Below, piece after piece: positions 11,331 to 18,877 of a DNA stretch of 64,000 bases; the first letter of the stretch is position 1; every line of letters begins with the position of its first letter. The stretch spans positions 17,911-81,910 of the forward strand of contig CAIUQE010000010.1 of assembly GCA_903901225.1 (NCBI GenBank), in the 5' to 3' direction. The notes beneath the pieces are model-generated. The model saw nothing but the letters and a program-made list of their open reading frames with translations, was not told where the DNA came from and made no database searches. Source of the stretch: Candidatus Omnitrophota bacterium (GTDB lineage Bacteria > Omnitrophota > Gorgyraeia > Zapsychrales > Fredricksoniimonadaceae). Position numbers and translations under genes: made by a program.

Positions 11331-12221
11331 ATGCTCGACGAGAAAATATTTTTTTCGCAGGTCATCCAGGGGCACCTCACGGCGGTCCTGGATGAGGAAA
11401 AAGCCGTCTGCCAGCTTGGCGGCGTGAAGGGCAATGTGGAGGCCCTGCACCGCATGCGGGTGGCCCTGCGGCGGCTGAAAAGCGTCCTGTCCGACCTGCG
11501 CGATGTCATGCCCCGGCGCCAGTTGGAAATTCCCATCGAGGGGGTTAAAGCCCTGCTGGGCATCCTGGGCCACGCCCGTGACATGGATACCAAGATCGAG
11601 TTCCTGGGAGCTTTGGCCACCAATCCCCGCGCCAAGGCTTACGCGGCGGGCATCCGCGATATCATCGACGAGTTATCCGAGGACAGGGCCGAGGTCCAGC
11701 CGAAGATCCACAAGGCTTTTGTCCGCGCCCGCCGGGAAAAAGTTTTCCGCGCCATCGAGCGGCTTCATCCCGACCTTGAGACCGCGGAGATCACCCTGGA
11801 CGAATGGGCCAAGAACCGTGTCACGGTCAGGCTGGAGAAAATGATGCGCTGGGAACCCTACGTGAAAAAGCCGCGCCGGGAGCGGGAGCTCCACCAGATG
11901 CGCATCGCGGCCAAGAATTTGCGTTATTGCCTCGAGAACATCGAGCCGCTTTACGGCAGGTCCCTTGCCCCGTACGTGAAGGCGGCGGCGGACGTGCAGG
12001 CGGCCCTGGGGCTTGTCCACAGTTACGACGTGTGGCTTGGCCTTTTGGGGATCCTGCGCGCGAGCGCGGGGCGCAGCAACCGTTTTTCCGAGGCGCTGCG
12101 GTTCCTCCGCCGGGAGTGCGAAACGGCGCGGGCCCAGGCGCATGTCGATTTTGTCGAATTGTGGCAGGCCCAGAAACGCGCCAGGTTGTGGGCCAAACTG
12201 GACCGGTTCGCCGAATCGTGA
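11331..12221 (+). CDS. CHAD domain protein (polyphosphate-associated)
   Basis: Alpha-helical protein with the CHAD hallmark LHRMRVALRRLKSVL and a second LHQMRIAAKNLRYCLE. Lies in the polyP operon. Confidence 0.7.
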   Translation: MLDEKIFFSQVIQGHLTAVLDEEKAVCQLGGVKGNVEALHRMRVALRRLKSVLSDLRDVMPRRQLEIPIEGVKALLGILGHARDMDTKIEFLGALATNPRAKAYAAGIRDIIDELSEDRAEVQPKIHKAFVRARREKVFRAIERLHPDLETAEITLDEWAKNRVTVRLEKMMRWEPYVKKPRRERELHQMRIAAKNLRYCLENIEPLYGRSLAPYVKAAADVQAALGLVHSYDVWLGLLGILRASAGRSNRFSEALRFLRRECETARAQAHVDFVELWQAQKRARLWAKLDRFAES

Positions 12222-13528
12222 AGATCCTCCTGCTGGCTGATATCCATGGCAACCTGCCCGCCTTGCAGGCGGTCCTGGACACCCCGGCCGCGGCGGCGTG
12301 CGCCGAGGCGTGGTGTTTGGGTGACATCGTCGGGTACGGACCTTTTCCAAACGAGTGCGCGGAGCTAGTTGCGCGGAAAATGTCCCGCGTCATCCTGGGC
12401 AACCACGACGTGAAGGTCCTGTCCGCGAAGAAGGTCTCCCGGCATAAGGAGGCGTATAAGACATTTATTTTCGCGTGGACGCGCCGCGTGCTTTCACCCG
12501 CAACCGTGAAATACCTCACGTCATTGCCGGGGGAGTCGCGCCTTAAGCTGGCCGGGCACCGGGTCGTGCTGCTGCACGGCAGTCCTGTGGGCATGGATGA
12601 CGGCTTGTCCATCCATACGCCGGATGAGCGTCTTGCGGCGCTGGCCGTCAAGGCGAGGGCGGACGTTATTCTTGTCGGGCACACGCATGACGCTTTTGTC
12701 CGCCGGGCGGGAGAAAATTATTTTATCAATCCCGGTTCGGTCGGCCGGCCTTTTGACGGGGACGGCGGGGCGTCGTTCGCGGTGCTTGAGATCGGCGCGC
12801 GGGGTGTGCGCGCCACCAGGCACCGGGTGGCGTATGATAACGCGGGTGTTGTCGCGGAAATGAAGCGCCAGGATTTTCCGGATATCCTTGTCAGGGCGTT
12901 CGCGGCCTCGCGCAGCCCCGCGGATACCCTGCCTGAGGGTGTTCGGGGCGATCTTATGGAGGAGGCGCAGAAATTCGGCGCGCGCGCGCGTTATGAAAAG
13001 CCGCACGCGCTGCATGTGGCGCGCCTGGCACTGGAGCTTTTTGACGGGCTGCTTCCCTTGCATGGCTACGCGCCCGGCGGCCGCGAGCGGGCCTTGCTTC
13101 AAGTGGGAGCCTTGTTGCATGATGTTGGCCTTGTGCGTGGCGAGGACGGGCACCATAAATCGTCGCGCGACATGATCCTTGAGGACAGGCTTCTGCCGCT
13201 GTCGGACAGAGAGCGCGTGGTGGCTGCCCTGGTCGCGCGTTATCACCGCAAGGCCTTGCCGAAGGATGAGCACAAACATTTCGCCTTTTTGCCTGACCAT
13301 CATAAAGTGATGGTGGAACGCCTGGGCGCTTTCGCACGACTGGCCGACGCGCTGGACCGTTCGCACCGGGGCATGGTCAGGGGGCTTGAGACCAGGATCG
13401 GCAAAAACGCGGTGACGGTGGTGTTGCGCGCGACGGGACCCGTTGACGCCGAACTGGAATGCGGCAGGATCAAAAGCGATCTTTTTGAACGGGCGTATGG
13501 TAAAAAACTTGACCTTGTCAAAGGATGA
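12218..13528 (+). CDS. Fusion protein: calcineurin-like metallophosphoesterase (YfcE/MJ0936 type) + Ppx/GppA C-terminal HD domain
   Basis: GTG start whose GTGA overlaps the CHAD stop. All MPE motifs in order: LADIHGN, GDIVGYGP, GNHD, LLHGSP, VGHTHD. The C-terminal half carries LLHDVGL...HHKSS...RYHRK, like the Ppx/GppA HD region. The track ORF start at 11804 is an upstream extension that overlaps the CHAD gene. Confidence 0.7.
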   Translation: MKILLLADIHGNLPALQAVLDTPAAAACAEAWCLGDIVGYGPFPNECAELVARKMSRVILGNHDVKVLSAKKVSRHKEAYKTFIFAWTRRVLSPATVKYLTSLPGESRLKLAGHRVVLLHGSPVGMDDGLSIHTPDERLAALAVKARADVILVGHTHDAFVRRAGENYFINPGSVGRPFDGDGGASFAVLEIGARGVRATRHRVAYDNAGVVAEMKRQDFPDILVRAFAASRSPADTLPEGVRGDLMEEAQKFGARARYEKPHALHVARLALELFDGLLPLHGYAPGGRERALLQVGALLHDVGLVRGEDGHHKSSRDMILEDRLLPLSDRERVVAALVARYHRKALPKDEHKHFAFLPDHHKVMVERLGAFARLADALDRSHRGMVRGLETRIGKNAVTVVLRATGPVDAELECGRIKSDLFERAYGKKLDLVKG

Positions 13529-13532
13529 AATC

Positions 13533-14858
13533 ATGCAGAGCGCTGAAAAATATTTTATCGGTATCGATGTCGGCGGGACCAAGGTTTACGGCGGGCTGGT
13601 GACGCCGGCGGGTGCCGTGGCCGCCCAGCACAAGGAAGCGACGCCGCCCAAGGCGGGGCCCAAAGAGGTCTTGGAGGTGATCGAGAAACTTGTTCGTGAA
13701 CTTTTAAAGGCCGGCGGCGTGCCGTTCAAGTCCGTGATAGGGCTGGGTGTCGCGGTGCCGGGGATCGTGGATAACACGGGGCGGGTGGTGGTGACGCCCA
13801 ACATCGGTTTGAGCGGCATGGACCTCAAAAAGGTCCTGGAGAAGAAATACAAGGTCCGCGTGGTGGTCGGTAACGACGTCAATTTTGGCGTCATGGGTGA
13901 GAAATGGCTGGGCGCCGGACGCAAGGCCCAGAATATCATTGGGATCTTTCCGGGCACGGGTGTGGGGGGCGGGGTGATCGTCAAGGGCGATTTTGTGACC
14001 GGACACCAGGGCGCGGCTGCCGAGTTGGGGCACATGTGCGTTGACCCGAAGGGGCCGCTGTGCACGTGCGGCAACGCGGGCTGCCTTGAAGCTGTGGTCG
14101 GCCGTTGGGCCATCGAGCGCGACATTCGCGCGGCGGTCAGGAAGGGCGAAAAATCCATCATCACGGACCTTTCCGGCCAGAAATTCACGCAGATCAAGAG
14201 CGGCACCATTGCCAAAGCCCTTAAAGCCAAAGACCCTGTGGTGACGCGCATTGTGGCGCATGCCGCGGAAACCCTGGCGGCGGCCTGCGTGTCGCTCAAT
14301 CATGTGTTCAACACCGAGGTCTTTATTTTTGGCGGCGGGATGATCGAAGCGTGCGGGGATTTTTTCCTGCCGCGTATTGAAAAGGCGCTTAAAAAAGATC
14401 CGTTCTTTAAGGACTTGCAGACCCCTAAAGTGCTTGTTGCCAAGCTGGGGGATGACGCGGGCATGCTCGGCGCTGTGGCGGCGGTGCGCCAGGGCCTTGA
14501 CCTTAAGGCTATCACAGGCGCGTATTACCCCAAGTTGCGCCTGCTGGCTTCGGGGAAAGTGGCTGTCAACGCCACGCTTATTGAAAAGCCTTTTTACGTC
14601 CGTGCCGACGGCAAGCTCAAGGAACCGGATGAATTCGTTCCGCCGCACATCACCAGCGACCTTGTCGAAGAGTTGACCAAAAAGGGGCCGGACGCGCTTT
14701 TCATCGCGGTCGGCAAGAACAAGCGTCTTACGTTCTCTCCCAAAGCCGCCAGGTACCTGAAAAAGAAGAAGATCGCGGCCTATATCCTGCCGCTCGCCAG
14801 GGTGGTGAAGGCCTACAACCTCAGCGAGGAACGCAAGGCGGTGTTCTTCTATCTTTAA
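13533..14858 (+). CDS. ROK-family glucokinase fused to C-terminal Mth938-like (DUF498) domain. Candidate polyphosphate/ATP glucokinase
   Basis: RBS aaggatga precedes ATG 13533. ROK motifs: IGIDVGGTKV, GAAAELGHMCVDPKGPLCTCGNAGCLE (Zn Cys motif). ~130-aa tail (GPDALFIAVGKNKRL...KKIAAYILPLARVVKAYNLSEERKAV) resembles the Mth938/DUF498 fold. Confidence 0.7.
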   Translation: MQSAEKYFIGIDVGGTKVYGGLVTPAGAVAAQHKEATPPKAGPKEVLEVIEKLVRELLKAGGVPFKSVIGLGVAVPGIVDNTGRVVVTPNIGLSGMDLKKVLEKKYKVRVVVGNDVNFGVMGEKWLGAGRKAQNIIGIFPGTGVGGGVIVKGDFVTGHQGAAAELGHMCVDPKGPLCTCGNAGCLEAVVGRWAIERDIRAAVRKGEKSIITDLSGQKFTQIKSGTIAKALKAKDPVVTRIVAHAAETLAAACVSLNHVFNTEVFIFGGGMIEACGDFFLPRIEKALKKDPFFKDLQTPKVLVAKLGDDAGMLGAVAAVRQGLDLKAITGAYYPKLRLLASGKVAVNATLIEKPFYVRADGKLKEPDEFVPPHITSDLVEELTKKGPDALFIAVGKNKRLTFSPKAARYLKKKKIAAYILPLARVVKAYNLSEERKAVFFYL

Positions 14859-14883
14859 AATGGACGTATACGTGCACATATAC

Positions 14884-14912
14884 TTGCCATAGTATTCCGG
14901 GTATGCTATATT
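14884..14912 (+). promoter_or_regulatory. Sigma70-like promoter of the vapBC pair (TTGCCA-17-TATATT), preceded by palindrome ACGTATACGT (14864-14873)
   Basis: -35/-10 hexamers with a 17-bp spacer lie ~20 nt upstream of RBS GGAGGTG and ATG 14931. Perfect 10-bp palindrome and GTGCAC sit just upstream. Confidence 0.4.
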
Positions 14913-14930
14913 CCATGTCGGAGGTGGGCC

Positions 14931-15161
14931 ATGGCGCAAGTTACGATCTATATTGACGATGATACTCTGAAAAAGATCGAGAGATCAGCCCGTCAGCACA
15001 AAGATTCCATATCATCCTGGGTGAAAAAACGTTTGAGCGGGTCCCTGGCGGGGGATTGGCCTGCCGGGTATTTTGATCTTTTTGGCTCCCTGCGCGATGA
15101 GGGTTTCGCGCGGCCGCAACAGCCGGACCCCAAGGCGGATCGCGGGCGGGCGGGTTTATGA
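14931..15161 (+). CDS. vapB: VapB-type antitoxin (small DNA-binding protein)
   Basis: 76 aa. Strong RBS. Its stop overlaps the PIN-toxin start (ATGA). Typical TA architecture. Confidence 0.6.
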   Translation: MAQVTIYIDDDTLKKIERSARQHKDSISSWVKKRLSGSLAGDWPAGYFDLFGSLRDEGFARPQQPDPKADRGRAGL

Positions 15162-15568
15162 CGTTCTTTCTGGACACGGATATTTGTATTTTTGCGTTGC
15201 GCGGCGATCACGCGCCGTTGCAGGCCGCTTTTCGCGCGCTTAAGCCCGAGCGTATCAAGGTTCCGAGCATTGTGGCGGCAGAACTTTTTCTGGGGGCCTG
15301 TAAATGCCCGAATTCATTGACCGCGGAAAAGGCTGTTGATGCTTTTCTGGAACCGTTCGAAGTGGTACCTTTTGATCGTGGTGCCGCGGAAGTCTACGCG
15401 CAGCTGCGCTCTGAGCTGGAGTCAAAAGGCACCGTCATAGGCCCCAATGATCTTTTGATCGCGGCAACAACGCTCGCGCATCGCGGTACTCTTGTGACGC
15501 ACAACAAGAAAGAATTTTCCCGTGTTCCGGGCCTTCATCTTCAGGATTGGACGCGGCAGGTTGGTTGA
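15158..15568 (+). CDS. vapC: PIN-domain ribonuclease toxin VapC
   Basis: 136 aa. PIN acidic residues (FLDTDICIF..., ...NDLLIAATTLAH...THNKKEF). Confidence 0.8.
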   Translation: MTFFLDTDICIFALRGDHAPLQAAFRALKPERIKVPSIVAAELFLGACKCPNSLTAEKAVDAFLEPFEVVPFDRGAAEVYAQLRSELESKGTVIGPNDLLIAATTLAHRGTLVTHNKKEFSRVPGLHLQDWTRQVG

Positions 15569-15752
15569 AGGAAATTTTTAGTCTCACCTTGTGGTTTTTC
15601 ATTCCTCAAATAATGTATACTTCACATGGTGGCGTAAATTATAATGCTCTAGAATTGTACTAAATGTCATTGAATGTAATGGAAAGACATTGAAAAGAGA
15701 TCTTGTGTCGGGTATATTTTCGGAATATTTCTACAAACAATATGGGAGAACC

Positions 15753-18700
15753 ATGATGAGTTCACAGCGCACACGTCAGGGATGGGGTTTCAGATTAGTG
15801 GCATTTATCCAGGTGGCTGTATTTATTTCGTCAACGTTCGCGTTGCCCGTCAAGGCCTATGCCCAGAGCGTGATGGAGCTGCCCGCGCCCGGAGCCATGG
15901 TGTCTTTAAGCGAGGCATATGTGCCGGTCATGCTGCGCGCGGTGAAGATCCATCCTGACCAGCCGCTGGTGTTCGATTTTATTGTGGATAGCGGGAATAC
16001 CAGGGCCTCTCAGGCGGAGATCAAAAAGGAAAGCGAGAAACTCGCGAAATATTTCCTGGCGTCGCTCACTATTCCTGAAAAAGATCTGTGGGTCAACCTT
16101 TCTCCTTATGAGCATGACCGTATTGTGCCCGAAGCGTTCGGCCAGACCCAGATGGGGCGCGACCTTCTGGCGCAGGATTATGTGCTCAAGCAGATCTCGG
16201 CATCCCTGATCTATCCTGAAAATGAATTGGGCAAGGAATTCTGGAGCCGTGTTTATGCGCAGGCGCGTGAAAAACTGGGGACGAACGAGATCCCTGCCGG
16301 CACGTTCAATAAAGTGTGGATCATGCCTGACCAGGCCGAGGTGTATGAACTGAATAACACCGCGATCCTTGGCAAGAGCCATTTGAAGGTCATGATGGAT
16401 GAGGACTATGTCGCGCTCAAGGCTAGCGCGGATGATGAGCGGTTCAGCCATACCGTTGGCCAGAATGTGAATGCCGCTAACAAGTTGTCGAGCCAGGTCA
16501 TGCGCCAGATCGTCCTGCCTGAGATTGAGAAAGAAGTGAACACAGGGAAGAACTTTGCGCTGCTGCGCCAGGTCTATCAGGCTTTGATCCTGGCCACATG
16601 GTACAAGAACAACCTTAAGGAAAGTCTGCTGGCGCAGGTGTATTCTGACCAAAACAAGATCGCGGGTGTCGATGCCGCGGACAAAGCGGATAAAGAGAAG
16701 ATCTACGCGCGTTATATCGAGGCGTATAAGCAGGGCGTGTTCAATTACATTAAGGAAGAGACGGACCCCCAGACGCACGAAGCCCTGCCGCGTAAATATT
16801 TTTCAGGTGGAACAGCTTTCAAATATATAGCGGAAAAGGTGAAGACGCGTAAGGTGACGGCGTCGCAACTCCCTCCGGAAGCGAAGCGCGTGGTGGGGGA
16901 TTTCAGCGAGGTTACGGTTGCGGTTGTGAATTCAGATGCTTCGGAGATCAATAAAGGAGCTGTGAATCCTGCATGGGACAAAATGATCGCTGAAAAACGT
17001 ACGCCGACACCTGAAGAAGATGTTACGGCATATGGCAATATCGTTGACGGTTATTGGAAGGGCGAATTAAAAACAACTCCTTATAAATCAATAAATATTC
17101 GTAGTGGTGACGTTAACGACGCGCCGATGATCGATAATATGTCAGATGATGAGGCACTGAGATTGGAGCGTAGAGCGTTGAACTTTTTGAATCAAGGGAA
17201 ATTTGCCGCCAGTCCGCTTATTGCTGGATCAAGCTCGCGCATGAATGTGCGTGAAGCGCCGGAAGATGCCCGGCAGATGGCTGGTGGAAAGGAAATCAAG
17301 TCAAAAGCGGTTGTTCCTGTTGGCATATATGATGGGAAAGTTGTAACGTATCTTGATTATTTCATGAGAGATTTTTCAAGCTTAAAAAGTGCTATTAAAA
17401 AGGCTGCCACTGAGGCAGGTGTTCCGAGTAATGTGGATAACAATGTTGAGTTGTTGTTTTCCAATGATGAATATTTGCCCGAACATGTGCAGTCTATAAG
17501 GGACAATAACGCTTATGGTCTCGGCGAAAATAACATTGAGATCTTTTTGCAGCCGCTGGCGCCGACGATGTTTGCCAGGCCTGCAGACGTTGAGGAGCAA
17601 AAAAAGAATCTTTCGCCAGAAGCCTTTGCGGAAATGATGCGTATCGCTAAGAATGCGGAGAAGGCCTATAACAAGGGAGATCTTAAAGCGCTTATCGTAC
17701 CTGGTGATCGGCAGGCAGGCGGTCATGGTGAATATGATAATCAATTGATTGCAACAGGGAAGCTGGTGGAGTTGTACGACCGAGGCATTGAGGTCATCTC
17801 TGTAAGGAATATCGATAATCTGGGTGGGAGGTTCAACAACCTGTTTTTGAGAACGCTTGGTATGTTCCTTGAAAAGGGACTGGATTTTCAGGCTGAAGTC
17901 ACACGGCGTGCGCCAGGGCAGCGCGGCGGCAACCTCATCGTAAGGACGGACACAGGAAGTAAGGTCTTGATCGAAGATCCGATGTTGAATGCGACAGTGG
18001 ATGCCAATGGTCAGCCTATCGTTACGCCCAGCGCTTCTTATTGGTTGAATAGTGCCGTGGGGCTTCAAACCCTGCACTATGTGATCAGTCTTTTTAAAGA
18101 CCCGCATCAGACCGATGAGTCGTTTATTGAACAATTACGTAACGCAACAACTGAAGAGCGATTGACAATCGCCGCGAAGGGGCGTGCGAGTTCACCGGTA
18201 ATGTTTGATCCAAAACCTTCGAAAGCGCCGGGATTTGAAAAAGCGCTCACAACCAAGGCGGGTGAAACAAATCACTGGCAATTTACTACGGTAGTTCCTG
18301 ATAATATAAAAATGGATGCCGTTGGCGTTAAGGGTATAAGGGATCTGCCTTTGGACAAGTTACTTTCATTGAGCCCGGAAGAGCAGAAAAAAGCTTTGGA
18401 TAAGGTCCGCTTCTTTTCTGCCAAACAATGGGACATGACGCCGGAAAAGCGTGAGGAAGCCCGTAAGGCTTTGGAAGCTGAGAAAGGTCGTCCAGTCTCT
18501 GATCAAGAGCTTAATCCTATCTTAGAAACATACGAAGGGAATAAGCCGTATGTCGCCGCGTTCCTTGATCTTGTATTTAACAGGCCTCCGATAGACAAGA
18601 AGATGTTTGATCCCGCCGAAGATGTTAAAGGCGCGGTGAGCAAGAAAGATAGGTTCCAGCAGGGTGGTATTGACTTCAACCCTGCCAGCCTGAACCTTAA

Positions 18701-18875
18701 GGTCGAGCGCACGGGTAAGGGGATCAGGGTCCAGGTTGATCCGGCGGAGATCCAGCGCATCAAGGCCGAGGGCGTGGCCGGATTCACGCCCGTCATCATC
18801 AATATCGTCCCGGTCAAGAGCATGCTCCCCGCGCTGGGGCTTGCGCCCGCCGAGGTTTCAGGCACCGCGACGTAA
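15753..18875 (+). CDS. Large secreted protein (~1040 aa): N-terminal signal peptide, unknown N-domain, central eukaryotic-type UDPGP-like nucleotidyltransferase domain, unknown C-domain
   Basis: RBS gggagaa precedes ATG 15753. Signal peptide FRLVAFIQVAVFISSTFALPVKAYA|QS. Central region has UDPGP-family motifs LIAGSSSRMN (aligns to LNGGLGTSMG), PGDRQAGGHGE (aligns to PGHGD) and VISVRNIDNLGG (aligns to NIDNLGA). No cysteines. The locus is markedly AT-richer than its flanks. The track ORF starts at TTG 15690. Confidence 0.65.
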   Translation: MMSSQRTRQGWGFRLVAFIQVAVFISSTFALPVKAYAQSVMELPAPGAMVSLSEAYVPVMLRAVKIHPDQPLVFDFIVDSGNTRASQAEIKKESEKLAKYFLASLTIPEKDLWVNLSPYEHDRIVPEAFGQTQMGRDLLAQDYVLKQISASLIYPENELGKEFWSRVYAQAREKLGTNEIPAGTFNKVWIMPDQAEVYELNNTAILGKSHLKVMMDEDYVALKASADDERFSHTVGQNVNAANKLSSQVMRQIVLPEIEKEVNTGKNFALLRQVYQALILATWYKNNLKESLLAQVYSDQNKIAGVDAADKADKEKIYARYIEAYKQGVFNYIKEETDPQTHEALPRKYFSGGTAFKYIAEKVKTRKVTASQLPPEAKRVVGDFSEVTVAVVNSDASEINKGAVNPAWDKMIAEKRTPTPEEDVTAYGNIVDGYWKGELKTTPYKSINIRSGDVNDAPMIDNMSDDEALRLERRALNFLNQGKFAASPLIAGSSSRMNVREAPEDARQMAGGKEIKSKAVVPVGIYDGKVVTYLDYFMRDFSSLKSAIKKAATEAGVPSNVDNNVELLFSNDEYLPEHVQSIRDNNAYGLGENNIEIFLQPLAPTMFARPADVEEQKKNLSPEAFAEMMRIAKNAEKAYNKGDLKALIVPGDRQAGGHGEYDNQLIATGKLVELYDRGIEVISVRNIDNLGGRFNNLFLRTLGMFLEKGLDFQAEVTRRAPGQRGGNLIVRTDTGSKVLIEDPMLNATVDANGQPIVTPSASYWLNSAVGLQTLHYVISLFKDPHQTDESFIEQLRNATTEERLTIAAKGRASSPVMFDPKPSKAPGFEKALTTKAGETNHWQFTTVVPDNIKMDAVGVKGIRDLPLDKLLSLSPEEQKKALDKVRFFSAKQWDMTPEKREEARKALEAEKGRPVSDQELNPILETYEGNKPYVAAFLDLVFNRPPIDKKMFDPAEDVKGAVSKKDRFQQGGIDFNPASLNLKVERTGKGIRVQVDPAEIQRIKAEGVAGFTPVIINIVPVKSMLPALGLAPAEVSGTAT

Positions 18876-18877
18876 GG

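Noticed and set aside
11804-12217. Upstream extension of the MPE-HD ORF overlapping the CHAD gene
   Set aside because: The extension is Gly/Ala/Pro-rich with no homology. A GTG at 12218 sits right before the first MPE motif and overlaps the CHAD stop, which is the far more likely start.
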